Below, in pieces: positions 39,996 to 54,420 of a stretch of 63,867 nucleotides of DNA (position 1 is the stretch's first letter; every line of letters starts with the position of its first letter). Source of the stretch: Octopus bimaculoides (taxonomy: Eukaryota); assembly GCF_001194135.2 (NCBI RefSeq), contig NC_068981.1, positions 62,342,736-62,406,602 on the forward strand. Reading direction: 5' to 3'. The translations under genes and the position numbers were made by a program. The notes under the pieces were generated by a model. That model ran no database searches and was not told the origin of the DNA. It worked only from the letters and a program-made list of their open reading frames with translations.

Positions 39996-40380
39996 AAAAA
40001 AAAAAAGCGAAAAACGAAAAACTAAATACTGTTTATAAATTAATACAGGACTGAACCAGTGCGTGTGTTTATTACCGGCATAATGCCTCTCCCAAGGTTT
40101 AATCGTATTTCTTTCAACACACGTATCCACATCAAGAATCTTGCACACAAAATACACATACGAAATATAATGGCATAATTACCCACGATAAATTTACCGA
40201 ATATTCCAGAAGAATACTTTTCTGTAACATATATACAATTTACCGCTATACACTACCAGAAAAAAAAATGAAATTATAAAAATATTTTTCTATAAAATCT
40301 TGAAAAATTTGTACCATGTGCCAAAATAGTTTTAATTTCTATCAAATTATCTCATTTAATATGACATATTCTCATAACTA

Positions 40381-40730
40381 GTAACTGTGTGGTAAGTAGC
40401 TTGCCTATCAACCACATTGTATCGGGTTCAGCCCCACTGCGTGGCACCTCGGGCCCACCAAAACCTTCTGAGTGGATTTGGTAGACGGAAACTGAGAGAA
40501 GCCCGTCGTATATGTGTGTGTGTAAATTTGTGTGTGTCTGTGTTTGTCCTCCCATCATCGCTTGACAACCGATGTTGGTGTATTTACGTCCTCGTAACTT
40601 AGCGGTTCGGCAACGAGACCGAAAAAATAGGTACTAGGCTTACAAAGAATAAGTCCTGGGGTCGATTTGTTCGACTAATGGTGGTGCTCCAGCATGGCCG
40701 CAGTCAAATGACTGAAACAAATAAAAGAAT
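40381..40730 (+). mobile_element. SINE family A, internal deletion
   Basis: tgtgtggtaagtagcttgcc..gggttcagccccactgcgtggcacc..ccagcatggccgcagtcaaatgactgaaacaaataaaagaata. Confidence 0.85.
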
Positions 40731-42998
40731 ACATACGCAGCCCTCAAACAAAAGGTGAACTATAGAAAACAACTAGCAAACAAAATACAACTATGAGAAT
40801 AACAAAGCACTGTGACTGTAAATCAGTAGAATAGTAAATAACTCGATAAATAAAATAAAAACAACCAGTCATGTATACCTAAAAATTATAACAAACAAAG
40901 ACAAATTGTTTTGAAATTTTTAATTATTAAATTCGAGAGATTTCTCTTTGGGCCAATGAAAATACCCTCGCCCTACACACAACAATAATTTACATGCCTA
41001 GCTAAGTTAGACGTAATGAAAACCGAAATAAAAAGGAATGTCATGAATATGAACAAAATATATGAAATAGCTGAAGCAGAAGTTACATAAATACGATATG
41101 AAAATGCAAAAGAGAGTCGCGAAAGCATTTGAATCAAAGATCAATTCTCGGATATTACTTATGCCGCCCCTTGATGCAGTGAAACACAGTGCATCTAAAA
41201 TGGCATATTGGAATAACTTAGTCAACGACTTATACTTCCTGAAAATGTGATTTAGAGGAAGGAGAGAATTTCTCATGGCATTAGCAATCCGTTAAATATT
41301 TAAGTGGTTGCTTTGTTTGACTAATGGTTATCTATTGAATAAAATGAAATTAATGTCAAAAATTAACAATTGAAATAAAACGAGACAAATTTAACAGAAA
41401 TATAATACATAAAAAATACAAGAACATCAAATCAAAATTTTCAGAATGCCACTCTGGAGTATTTTTGCACCATCACAAAAAATTCGTTCTAATTAAGAGC
41501 GGCAGTGGTGCAGAGGACTAGCAAGGCAGCTAAACTCCATTCCGGAACGATGTTATGGATGACTACATAAAAAAGAACTAGAAACGAAAGCTCCACGAAA
41601 AGCAAGAGAAATACAAGAACATTGTAGATGAATACAAGTAGCGACGAATCAAAAATACATATTGAAATAAAAACAATGAAGTAAGCGAACGAACTTGGAT
41701 GAGCATAAATTCTGAAATAGCCAACAGTTACAAAATATGAAGAAATGGAACGCTCTGTGATGTAATAAAATACTAAATTTATGGTTGCAATATTTGATAA
41801 GCATAAGGTGCCAGCAGAGATATTTAATAACATGGCAAAAGAACAGGAAACACTTAGCCAAGATGGTCTGTAAGACGGAAAACATTTTAAACAATGCAAC
41901 CGAAGAACCAGCTAAGCTTAAAGGCAGATAACGTCGCTTACTGCAGCTAAAATATCTTTTTTTAATATTTTAAAAATAGATAAATACGTATTAGGGAGCT
42001 ATAGAATATAACGTTTTAAGATGCTGTTTGTTAGTGATGTTGGTGCCGATTTCTTTTTTCAGTAGTTAATCATGGTGGTCTCTTCACTGATCAACGAAAT
42101 ATAACTGCATCTCCTCATCTCCTCTGTCTATCATTAAAAAAAAGAAACAATCGTAAAAATCATTTTCAAGAGATGTAGATCGCAGATAAATAAATCCAAT
42201 GTTATGTGCGTATGTATTGGTCTTCTTGTCGCAAGAATAGCAAAATAGAAAATAATGAGAAACTAAAATGAGTTGGTCGGGTAATGAATGAGATGTGGAA
42301 TAATGAATGAAGCTCATTTTTACCTCAGTATTCCAGACAGAATATCTAATTATATTTTATGTCATAAAGTCTGGGTCTAGTTTCTCAGCCATTTTACTTC
42401 ATTCCAATCTAAATGAATTCCGCTAAAACTGTTTTTCACACAAAAGATCAGACGTTGCATAGATTTGAACATTTACTTTATTATCTTATTGATTTATTGA
42501 ATTATTTTTATTACAGTTCCCCTAAAATTACCAATGCAACCGACAGATAATTTTCAAAGCTGTAGCGACCACAACGAAACGTATCCTATAGATGTGCACT
42601 TGCAGATGTAAGATGAAACAAGACACTAATGTTACAACAGACATTAAAATTTGCCTTTCTTCTTCGTGACAATTAATTCAGTCGTATAAATAAATAAATA
42701 TTCAACTATGAAAGCTCAAGACAAAAGAAATTACAAAGGACAGATGATAACAGGTTTTTGCCATATTTAATTATACATTTTCATTATCCATCCTATGTGA
42801 ATTAGCATTGCTGGTATTTTAAAGCAGAGACGACAATCGGTGTAAACTGTTCGACGCACCTAACAAGAAATAACAGTATCCTAACGTTTTAATACACATA
42901 CATGGTTATACAATCACCTACACACACAGAGACACACACACACATACACACACACGCGAGCACACATACACACACACACACTCACACGCACACATATG

Positions 42999-43034
<36 letters not shown>

Positions 43035-43049
43035 CATATACATCGTTTC

Positions 43050-44250
43050 TATTATCTTAAACTGTTGTAAGTCCAGGTTTGGTCAAATGCGTTTTTTTTT
43101 TCCTTTAATATTTGATTTTGCTTGCAATAGCTGGTCAACAGCTTGCAATAGGCTTTCAAACTATCGTATGTCTAGCTGCTTCAGATGCCAAGATATGAAT
43201 ATTGTCAAAGTGTAGTACAACGGCTTACCATTTTTCAAAAGCGTTGTAAGTCCCACATACGACAGTTTTGCAAAAATATTTCTGACTGAAAATATCATAC
43301 ATGCATGGAGCTACCATTTTATGCACCCAGCAATGTATTATCGTTAAGCTGAAACTGTTGCTAATGTAAAAAGAGATGGAATGGCGAAACTATTTTTATC
43401 GATTTCTGAAAAAGCAACGTGTGGATTTATGTGTGTCTACACACACACATATATATNNNNNNNNNNNNNNNNNNNNNNNNNNNNNNNNNNNNNNNNNNNN
43501 NNNNNNNNNNNNNNNNNNNNNNNNNNNNNNNNNNNNNNNNNNNNNNNNNNNNNNNNNNNNNNNNNNNNNNNNNNNNNNNNNNNNNNNNNNNNNNNNNNNN
43601 NNNNNNNNNNNNNNNNNNNNNNNNNNNNNNNNNNNNNNNNNNNNNNNNNNNNNNNNNNNNNNNNNNNNNNNNNNNNNNNNNNNNNTATATATGTATATAT
43701 ATAGATGGTAAAGTATGATTTTTGAAAGCTCGAGCAGCTATTTCTCGCCATTTGGTCGACCTTGTAGAGATTCCCTTGGTTATACGTCTATACCATTGTA
43801 TTATTTTACATTTCAGAGTCATATGGTATAGAGACAATTCGGTGGTAAGACAGCTTGACAACAATATAGGAGGACGATAATTAACTGAGCCAGCATCTTA
43901 GGTGATTGTGTGACTTGTCAGTGATAGGAATAATTTCTGTTACTGTTGTTTTTGTTGTTGTTTAGTTTTGAGATCTTCCGTGCTAAGCCACACAAAAATA
44001 TATGATTAAATCGAGAATTATTTTTCAATGGATAGCTTGAATATCTTCGATTGAAACAAAGGGGTGATCATGGCTGTAACGCCTTGAGCAACAACGAACA
44101 AACAAAATTTTGATGATTTCTGTTACAACACTTTTTAGGAAGGGTTTGATCAGTCTGCTATAACTTTGAGCTAAAGCGTTACAATAGTTGTTACCAAATA
44201 AATGTCAGTTCCCTTCTGATAGTTACAGTTCGAGCTATTATCATCCAGTG
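43050..44250 (-). mobile_element. Decayed RTE-type LINE RT, split by microsatellite/gap 43457-43685
   Basis: Minus pieces: ADLIKPF (cf. DLTKAFD), AQGVTAMITPLF (cf. QG..SPxLF), REIAARAF, and GLTTLLKNG..HLKQLD (cf. VLTTLLYG..HLKQLE). Confidence 0.35.
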
Positions 44251-45082
44251 ATATTACAGTCTAGTGGTCTGTCACTCTGTCTCAAGCAAACCGCCCAAGG
44301 CATGAACAATATTTGAATATACATAAGTATTAAAATAATAATTGAGAATTTTCTGTCAAGTATTTTCTTACACTAAAGTGACAGAATGATATTTGAATGT
44401 AGTTTTGGCAATGTTATATATAAGTTGATATGTCTGAACGTCAAAGTTTATAATGATATTTGTAGTAAGTTAGAATGTTGTTGTTCATATCGCTGTTTAG
44501 TCCATGCTAAATGTGATCGAACGACATATGTTTTCAAGACATAGATATCCAGTCCATGAATATTCTATCTTTTTGAATGTCATTACATTATTTAATCTGT
44601 AGTATTTACTTAAAGTTGGAACAAAACTGTTTGGGGAGTGCTGGACTGTTATGTATAGCATATTGAAAACCACAAACAAACATACTAATTGTCTCGTGAA
44701 AAGAGAGAAGATTAAGCTTGTGTTTTTTGTTGTTGTTTCTCTATGTATATGTAGTGAGTGTGTATTGAAAAATGTTTCTTTTCATAGAGGGAGTGCAAAT
44801 TGTTTCTATGATGTCTGCATTCAATAAATGAAGGGCTGTGGGGGTACTGTGGATAAATTGGTGAATTTATTTAAAATGTAAACGAAAAAAACTCATTAAA
44901 GTAGAGATGGTATGAGTGCAAGAACGATCAGATATATGTATGTGTGTGTATATATATATATATNNNNNNNNNNNNNNNNNNNNNNNNNNATGAAATATTT
45001 AAGTTTCAGTTGAATTATGTACTTACGTTGAGGCACTAAGTTTGTCCAGTATTTCCTCACACCTCGAAGTTATGTGAATAAA

Positions 45083-46044
45083 AAGCAAATAAGGAACAAG
45101 GATGTCCAGGTATCAGTGCATAACGGCTGTTTCAAGCTGCACCATTTAATCGAGCAATGCAAATATTACATCAATTTGAAATAAACTGCCCTCCTCGGAG
45201 GCATACGATCGTATAGATTTCCAACATACAGATATACTCTGTTATAATTTTTTAGCAAATTTTTCTTCAATACGAGAGACAAAAATGCATTGCTTCTTTT
45301 TGCCATTATTGTAGCAGAATGAATTTAGGGAAAAATTATCTAAAGCCTACTATAATTTACAGTGGCAGAAAGAAATAATGGGGATCAAGAAAAACTAATG
45401 GTGACATGACTACATTCATCTTTATCCTTATCACATTCAAAAGACTTAATGCAGCAAGTAGTCTACATCTCCTTAGAATTAAAACCGTTGGGAATTAACA
45501 ATTAAGTTCTTGTTGTTGGTGATTAATTAATGTCAGATACTCTTCCCTACCACTATTTCACTATGACCATAAAATCAGCCATACCTACATAAAATAATGT
45601 CTCAGATGATAGCAGGATAATGATATATAGAGATGAGGTGATAACCAGAAAGAGGAAAGGCAAGGGTGACATAACATATTATGATTATCAACTAAAAGGG
45701 ACCTAAACTGGAAAACAAAGGTCACATTGACCTCATTTGCAAACATGGAAATTAAAAATACAGGAGAAAAGTATTATAGTATGCTTTAGATATTTTTCCC
45801 TTAAATTCATTCTGCTACGATAATAGCAAAAAGAAGAAATGTATTTTAGTCTCTAATACTGATGAAAAATTTGCTAAAATTATAAGGGTATATCCTGTAG
45901 GTTGGAAATCTATATGGTCATACGCGTCTGAGGAGAGTGGTTTATTTAAAATAGATGCAATGTTTGCATTGATCGATTAAATGGAGCCGTTTGAAACGGC
46001 CGTAATGCACTGATACCAGGATATCCTTGTTCCTTATTTGCTTT
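45083..46044 (+). mobile_element. 5'-truncated PLE: EN C-terminus, 3' pLTR with HHR, ~270-bp inverted pLTR copy at the 5' junction (arms 45083-45355 / 45773-46044)
   Basis: Arms align as reverse complements (e.g. aaagcaaataaggaacaaggat and gtagcagaatgaattta). The body reads ..YISLELKPLGINN* near 45460-45505, like PLE EN ends. Confidence 0.75.
45924..46008 (+). ncRNA. Type I hammerhead, core intact
   Basis: GCGU CUGAGGA GAGUGG..(46 nt incl. AUGCAA/UUGCAU hairpin)..CCGUUU GAAAC GGCC GUA/ AUGC. Helix III is the palindrome ACGGCCGU. The mirror copy at 45118-45202 (-) has U4C and broken helix I. Confidence 0.62.
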
Positions 46045-46046
46045 AC

Positions 46047-46125
<79 letters not shown>

Positions 46126-46938
46126 CTTAAATATATGAAAGTGTGTATATAAGTATTTTGGCATGTTTCATGTATATAGGTATGCATGTACATGAGCACG
46201 GATTAAAAATAAAATTCTCACTGATGTCGTATATATGTACAACTGATAAAAGTAGAAAGATATACTTTCAGACTTTATAATAAAAATCACCCCGTGGTAG
46301 CAATCAAGAAAGGAAACTTTGGCCAGATTCTTAATTCGTTCTCATTACTATTCATGTTAACATTCGCTGCACGTATCTGTTCACCACCTCCTACAACACA
46401 CTATTTTTTTTAAATATATAAGCGTATTTGACGTTCAGTCCATCTTTACCTATAATTAAAACGAAATATAATTTGATTCATTTATTTAGGCCTTAGATAA
46501 TAAGAATGCTAGGAACTAAATTTGGGTTACTTTCAAATAATCTGAATGAATCAGTCGAAAATAACTAGTTTCTGTATTAGAATAACGAGGGGAATTTTGA
46601 GCAAAATAGACTTGATTTTAGCCTAAAGTCATCTCAGTTTAGAAAACAAAAATATGTAAGCATGCAAAATAAAGCCAAAATAAATATGCGCAAGAGTTGA
46701 AAACTGCTGTTCGGTGTTGTGCACATTTGATTGATTAGTTAGGTTGTATTATCAGATGAGTTATATTTTTGCGGTAATTATACTTCAACATCATAAAACG
46801 AAATTTGGATTCGATTCCTAGAGGCTTTTCCCTTCACTTCACATGTACGTCAAGCTAATGTATATATGTACGATACATACACACACATACACACACACAC
46901 ATACACACACACACATACACACATACACACACACATGC

Positions 46939-46979
<41 letters not shown>

Positions 46980-47001
46980 GGTGAAAGAGAAACATGAATA
47001 G

Positions 47002-47101
<100 letters not shown>

Positions 47102-47789
47102 ATATATCCAACTATACATATATATATATATATATGCATATAAACACACACTCACACATATGTATATATATACACAATACATACTTGTGTATGTGTGTGC
47201 GTATATATGTATATGTATGTATGCTTGTATGCATGTATACGTATTAAATCATTAAATTTCTATTGAAAAAAACGACACGCTGTATATATTTATATATACG
47301 TATTTTAGAAAAACAGTGCTAAATCATTGACGAATGCCATGCCTTTAACAGCAGGCGTTCAGAGAAGATATATATATTTGAAAATTACATGTTATGCATT
47401 AAAGATTACAATGGGATTTTCAAAGAGTGGCCCGCAAGATTTTATTATACTATAGTTCTAATTTAATGTAAATTTGGTATTACATTAAATTATAAAATGT
47501 ATCGAGCACAATGACAGAGCAGGTATGAAAATACTTTTTTTCTGTTGCTGTGAGAGACTGTTAATCATATTTCTATTCAACTTGCATGGTTTTTTTTAAC
47601 GTTGGTATTAGATTCAGATGTCATAAACTCATGAATGCAATATTCTGCGACTAAAGAAGCACTACTTTTGAAAATCACCAAATTTCAATCCTACGTGTTA
47701 ATTAGAGTGATTGAAATATATCATTTCCATATAGAAATTTAACTTTGTTCTCTGCTAACAAAGGCATCGCAAGGGTGTATGATTTACGA

Positions 47790-48115
47790 TGTGAGCTCAA
47801 ATTTCACCGACATTGGCTTTATCTTTCATCCTTTCATTGTCGATAAAATAAGTACCAGTTGAATACGGAGATTGATATAATCACCTTTCCTCATCCACCG
47901 TAATTGCTGGCTTAGTGTAGACATTTGTAAATATTATGGCGGTGAGCTGGTAGAATCGTTTCTGCGCCAGAAAAAATATTTAGATTCATTTCTTCCGTGT
48001 TTACTTTCTGAGTTCAAATTGCGCCGAGGTCGACTTGGCCTTTCATCTTTTCAGGGTCGATTAATTAAAGTACCAATGAAACACTGGGGTCGATGTAATC
48101 GACTTGTCCCCACCA
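47790..48115 (+). mobile_element. Two tandem SINE family B pieces (old fragment 47790-47935; younger 47937-48115)
   Basis: Both carry gag(c/t)tcaaat..tttcatc.tttc..gtcgat.aa.taa.gtacca; the second has the head ggcggtgagctggtagaatcg. Confidence 0.7.
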
Positions 48116-48253
48116 AGCAGAAAGGGTTATTATTATTATTAATTTCATAAACACACAACAAAGTAGACTGTTGAGAAAAAAAAATCCTAAAATCGGCCTA
48201 CAACAAGTAACCTTAGATGCCAAGTACCTTCCTAAGTATCCTAGCTGTCCCTC

Positions 48254-48313
48254 ATAACATTATCATTATCATTGTTGTTATTATTATTATTATTATCATC
48301 ATCATCATCATCA

Positions 48314-48364
<51 letters not shown>

Positions 48365-48720
48365 GTGTCTGAAGCAAGTAAACACTTCTTCGTGGTTCGT
48401 AAGGCTTCTTTACAATTTCTTGATTTATCAGTTCATATTCCAAATTTTGTTGAACTGAAAAATAAGTAACTCAGTTCGGTGTAAATAGAGTACATCGGTC
48501 TGGTTAGACTTCGCTCTTTGGGGTGAATTTTGAGATTGAAAATTGCAGCGGCAGCAGGAACAACAACAGCAACAACAACAGCAACAACAACAGCAACAAC
48601 AACAGAAGCAGCAGCAGCGACTTTAAAAATGACGCAAGTACGGCATCCACAACTATCCCCAACACCAACAACACCAGAATACCACCGCCACTGCCACCAT
48701 TACCACCATATCCATAAATA
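48254..48720. repeat. Trinucleotide tracts (ATT/ATC)n 48254-48365 and (AAC/AGC/ACC)n 48545-48715
   Basis: Read directly. Confidence 0.85.
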
Positions 48721-49430
48721 AAGTGACAAGAACAGCTGTTCTTTTTCTAAGCAGAATGGTAACGGTTCAGCTCAAGCTTGTCGGAAAATGTTAACAAGTC
48801 CAGTTGAGATTTTAAAAATGCTAAGCGTCTACATGGTGCACTTGACAATGATTGGTAGAGCACTCTTCCTTAGCACATCGGGGGAAGTACAAGAAGACAC
48901 TAAGAATAAACCACTATATATATAAATGTATATCATTAATGACAAGGAAACTGGATCGAGCAACGCAGGTCTGAGACCGGTCTAGAGTTTAGAAACATTT
49001 GTCACCCGTTAAGGTAAGATTCTCAACCGAAGAATTAACCAAAGAAAATACCACAGAAACCATCAAAAGTGAAGAATTATGGCTGATTCCTACATACCTC
49101 GGTTGGAGTATTTCCAAATAAAGGGAGCAGAGATGCCTCCAGAATTGGACATCTGTTTGCCACTAACAGCCTTCTTATACGTCATAGGAGACAAAACAAT
49201 TCTGCACATCCACAAAATTGGAAAGGATAATTGGTCAGGTAAGAACATTGAATTGTGTTTACACGCCGATATGATGGTACCGAAGGCAACCCTGACCTGA
49301 TCAAAGTATTTAATCGAACAGTTATTTTTAGCAGTAGAGAGCGGAAAACTGAGATACCACATTTGTGGTGAAACAACCCATTTAAGGCTTTCTGCACCAT
49401 GCAAAGAAAATAAGAAATAGCTACTGCAGA
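48720..49430 (+). mobile_element. Probable LINE ORF1 remnant (RRM-like plus degenerate zinc knuckle)
   Basis: FQIKGAEMPPELDICLPLTAFL..GKDNWSG.. and LAVESGKLRYHICGETTHLRLSAP (cf. CxxCGxxGHxxxxCP), upstream of an L1/Tx1 ORF2. Confidence 0.4.
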
Positions 49431-50287
49431 CAACATCAGCAACAAAAATCAGCACCACTACCGACAATAACATCAATAGCATCGTTGCCAAGAGCGGCAG
49501 CATCCAAAGCCAAAACAACGACATCAATAAAAGGAGTAGTAGGACAGATCCATTCAACATCAGCAGCAAAAACCAGTACCAATCCTGAGGGAAAACAATA
49601 ACACCAACTACACTTTTGCAGCGAAAGACGCCTCACACACACCAGTTGACCAGGACCCCACATAACAAATATGACTGTGGAGACATACCTCTCTCCCTTG
49701 CTACAGATTTTTCAGATTGTGGAATCTAGACTAGCGAGTAATGGATGCCGGTGAGAGAAATATAAAAAGTTGCAAAAGGAAAAGACTAAAAGCAGAGATT
49801 AGAAGAGGAGACAGAGAAACCAAAACACTACCATACACCCATATACCTTACTTCAACGCGATTACAAACATCTCCAACACATTAAACACCACCAACATTG
49901 CAAACACCTTGACAACTGAAAATACATAGCAATTCAGAACAACATGAACTGCAATCCCAAGGCGTCACTAATTATACAGCCATATACACAAGAACTTAAA
50001 ACATTCAAAAATACCCAGAGCTTACTCTAAGTGAATACGTCGCACCGCCGCATATTGCCCCTATTCACATAAAAATTATAAAAACAACGCAACAAACTTG
50101 CAAAAAACTGAAAACAAAATTATCCTAAACGAATGGAACATTTCTGTGAGACCATGAAAAGGGCTCTACTAAGAAATGTTTGTGGGGACATTCGCTAACA
50201 GCCAGAAGAATAGAATATCTGTCCGTGCACAGAAATAGGACAAGAGATTCTCTTCATCCTCCGTCTCTCTGACAAATAGGCACTTGT

Positions 50288-52730
50288 TCAGAACAGGCAG
50301 TTTAAATGCACGTGACCTGGGTACACTTGGAAACAGGGCCACCTATCCAATGACTTCAGATCACTGAGTTCAGATGTATTGGCTATCACTGAAACAAGAC
50401 TCGCCGACCGACGAGCTTTCATGCCCATTTTCGGTAGATACGAGAGTTACTAGTCTCCATGTCAACCGGAAACGGAGTGCTACGGTGATGTTCCGGAGAG
50501 GTCTCAATCTCAAGGACTATTTTCTGCACCCAGAAGATAAGTCGGTAGTCCAAGATGCGAGCACTAGTGACGAGACTGCCTTAAGATTGGTGGCTGTTTA
50601 TGCTCCGACAATCCTACAGAGGCTGGATTAGGGAATTAGTTAAGCGAGCGTTGATAGGGGTCATTCGTCTACAACAAATGATGGTTTGCCTTAAAAATGG
50701 CAGTTAGATTAGAATGGATAAGGCTTAGTAAAACGTAAGCGATAAAAAGGAATAGCAGACGCGCTTAGGAAAAGCATCACAACCGACGTGCTGGCGGTGA
50801 GATTGGCCTTGTTCCAAGTTTTCAATGCTAAGCACGAAAAATGCATTGTCTGAGCTGAAGCGCGTGTCTAAGAAACGAGGAATGAAAACTGCTTGGTGAG
50901 TCCAAGGGACAAAAGCGCAACATGACAACAAAGTTATAATTCCATCTTGGTGGAGAAAAATGAACACACAATACTCGAGTTCGAAGAGATGAATGCGGCA
51001 TTTCGGCAGCATTTCTCCCAACTGCTTGGGACGAATGTCAGTCCGGCAAACAGGACGGGCTTTAGTGCCTACCTTGATGGCAGGCTATGGCTACCGGTAA
51101 ATGGTGGGGAGGCGTTGTGAAATGCTGATTACAGTCGTGGAAACACGGGATTCGATGACATGCTGCACGAGGGTGGGGGCAAATCAATGGTCTATCTTGT
51201 GAGCTTTATTTCTATATGCCAGATTTCTTTGGCGTCCTCTTAACAGATATCTAACGCGAATGGCTGCAGAGCAGAGAATTCCTAGTTTTGAAAGTCGAGA
51301 AGCGGTAGTACTGTTGAGAAAAGACCCAAATAAGGAGAACCAAGTAAAACATTTTAGGTCCATAAAGCTGCTGAGCGCAGATTTCAAACTTTTGTCCAAA
51401 CCGTTAGCAAAGAAACTGGCGTTTGTCGTCGAGAAGCTGATTGGTGATGTGCAAAGATGCGCCGTTCTAAGTATATCCTCCACCCTATGCGTTCCATCGT
51501 AGAGAGGGTGGGTAAAGAAACTGGCATCGATGGGGTTCTGAGGAATTTAAATCAATCTAAAGCCTTCTATAAGGTCGACCACTGACATTTGACAACCGTT
51601 TTCACGGCGGCCTTTTCCTGTCCTGTTTTTCGTGGCTGGATCACTGCAACGTACAGCGACATCTGCTCGCTAATTTGAGTGAATGATTATCTATCGTACG
51701 TGCACACCACCATGCGCTCGATCCGTCAAGAGTACCCTCTTGTCTCCTCTGTTTGTACTGGCTCTAGAGGCACTACTGCGGAAACTGGAGGCGTTGAGAA
51801 GCATCTCATGGGAACTAGGTTGTGGGAGAACTGTGTCAGCATACGCAGACGATGTAACCGTCATAGTGTCGAACAGCAGGCACATAGACCGAGTCGGCAC
51901 TGCTCTAAACGAGTACAAGGCTGTGTCCGGAGCAAAGATTAACCGAGTGAAATTAACTAAGTCAATTGGTATACAACTCGACAGCTAGAGAGTTAGGTCC
52001 ATGCTGTCCAATAACGCGGTGGGACGCTGGACGCAGGTGGGGACCGGTTAAATCGCTCGGAGTCTGGTTAGATCCAGATCTCCAAACAGAGAAGGATGAG
52101 GTGACGAGCAGAGTGGTAACTTTCACTTATACTTGAGCCGAGAGAAATCTATTCCTAAAAGATCGGACAGAGGTGGTAAATTCTTATATATTTTATATTA
52201 TTGTCCGACTGTCATGTCTTGCACTAGTTTACGGCTGACCAAACTGGAGCGCGCACTATTCCACTTTCTGTGGAATGGACGCGTTCCACTGGTCAGGTCT
52301 TCCATTTCCTGCTAACAACCGCTGAATGGGGGAATTAGCATGCTGGGGCTACTAATGCGCAAACATGTCCTGAGGTTGCATCATTTCCAGCGTTGCCTTG
52401 ACGGTGAGAAGATGTGGTCGTCGTTTGTCACATGAATTTCCACAGCTCGTATCTATGGCTGAGCTGTAGTTCTGGGTCAAACTTAGACAGAGCCAGAGTG
52501 CCTTGATCTCTAAGTGCAATTAGGCGCTCACAGTCGTCAGTCGGTTTGGCAATGCGGTTGATGGAAGTTCCACTCTGGCGTTCTATAGAATGTTAGTGGC
52601 GAGCAAGTGCGACGACGTTCTTGGAGAGACTCTCAGCGTTAACGAGAATCATCTGGTTGTTCTGTTCCGGAAGACTTTTGGGCCGGGGTCTATGGATAGT
52701 TTAGACAAATCGAAAGAGCATGTCTGCTGT
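50288..52730 (+). mobile_element. Tx1/L1-clade LINE ORF2 (APE + RT), decayed with deletions
   Basis: GSLNAR..DVLAITETR..LRLVAVYAPT (APE); VVLLRKDPNK..FRSIKLLSADFKLLSK.LAKKL; LLSPLFVLALEALLRKL; VSAYADDVTV. Confidence 0.88.
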
Positions 52731-53295
52731 ACCAGATTTAAAGTTTTTTTTATACTGCTTGCATACTTACAGCTACAGTCACGCTGCAAAAATTGGAACT
52801 ACGACTGTATCGAAAGTTGATATTCTTAAAATGTTTAAATCGCTAACTGATCTTTCGAAGGGCCATCGAAAGTAATTCCGAAATAAAAAAAAGTTATCGC
52901 CAAAATCGTGTTAATAACACGCAAAAGTCGTTTGGGCGACGTAGACTTAATAAAATTAAACACAGGCAGAAATATTACCAAGATAAACCAAATATAATAT
53001 TAATAGTAACCTTAGTAATTACAAAGGAAAGTGGGTTTTCCTTCACATAAAAATATCGAAACCTAAGTACCCAATATTAAAGTCAAAGATAAAACAAACA
53101 AATTTAACAAAATATATCTTAATGAAAAGAGACGAATGGGAAAATGGAGAGATAAATGCTATAGATATCAATCTTCTGGCTGAAATATTTTACAGCCACA
53201 TATAAACTACTTCCAAAATAATTTTATAGGCAATTTAAAGAACGCTAAAAAAAAAATGCTGTAGTATATAGAGAAACAGGAAAATCTAAAAACTA

Positions 53296-54420
53296 TTGGG
53301 TTGTTCGGAAAGTTCGTGCCGATTTTTAAAGGAAAGAAAAATGTCAATAAATACTTCCCATTACATTTTTAATCAACCAAATAGGAACAATTTTGTTGCA
53401 CAATGCGTCTCTATCTTTCCATTAACTTGAAGATACCCTCTTCCCAGAATTGGGGTAGTTTCATGGCAAAGAATTCATCAAGGTATCTTTTTACGTCATC
53501 GAAGGAATTGAAATTTTTAACATTAAGACTATTCTACAGAGACCTGAATAAGTGGAAATCCGAAGAAGCAATATCTGGTGAATATGGAGGGTGCGGTAAC
53601 ACATCCCTGCCGAGCTGCAGCAATTTTTGTTTGGTTCCCAAAGAAAAGTGCGGTCTTGCATTATCATGTTGGAAAACATCACCCTTCCTGTTGGCCAATA
53701 CTGGACGTTTCTCTTGAATTGCTGCTTTTAACTCGTCCAGTTGTGTGCAGTATTGCTCAGAATTAATTGTCTGGTTACTCGGGTGAAGCTCCTAGTATAG
53801 AATTCCTTTCCAATCCCACCAGACACAAAGCAAGACTTTTTAAGAGTGAAGACACGCTTTTGGGGTGGCTAAGGATGGCTCATATCGCTTACTCCAGGAT
53901 CGCTTTCTCTGAACATTTCTCATCACCTGTCACAATTTGCTTTAAAAAAGGCGCGTTTTCATTCCGTTTATAAAGCGAATCACTGATGGAAATGCGATCC
54001 AAATGGTTCTTCTCACTCAGCTCATGTGGCACCCAAATATCGTAGCGATTTGCGTACCCAAGCTTTACCAGGTGCTCATGAACGACGAATTTTGATAGGT
54101 TGAGGCTTTCTGCCAATTCTCGGGTTGTGCAATGTGGGTTATTCCCAATTAATGACTTGATTTGGTCATCATCTGTAGTGGATAGTCTGCCTGATCGCTC
54201 TTTATCAATAAGGCTATGATCTCCAGCTCGGAAGCTTGCGGACCACTTCTGTACAGTTCTTTCGGATAAAGAAACATCACCGTAAACTACGCATATTTCA
54301 TTGGTTGCTTGTAATGCATTTTTCCCTTTACGGAAAAAGAAAAGCATCAAGTGCCGAAAATGAACTTTCTTATCTTTCATTTTAAATGGTTACAGAATTA
54401 ATACAGTTTATAGGAACATA
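53296..54420 (-). mobile_element. Mariner transposon, nearly full transposase, inactive (frameshifts/stops)
   Basis: MKDKKVHFRHLMLFFFRKGKNA..WVPHELSEKN..IVTGDEK; QHDNARPH; PPYSPDIASSDFHLFRSL. TA plus TIR ttgggttgttcggaaagtt is at 53294; the other TIR was not seen. Confidence 0.92.

Noticed and set aside
43229-43285. 57-nt phase-symmetric exon-like segment RNIFAKLSYVGLTTLLKNG, reminiscent of the ABCC L0 region
   Set aside because: The conserved Trp residues are absent, and the unspliced continuation fits an RTE RT C-terminal region better.
48523-48721. Poly-N/S/T/P low-complexity ORFs
   Set aside because: These are trinucleotide repeats without coding context.
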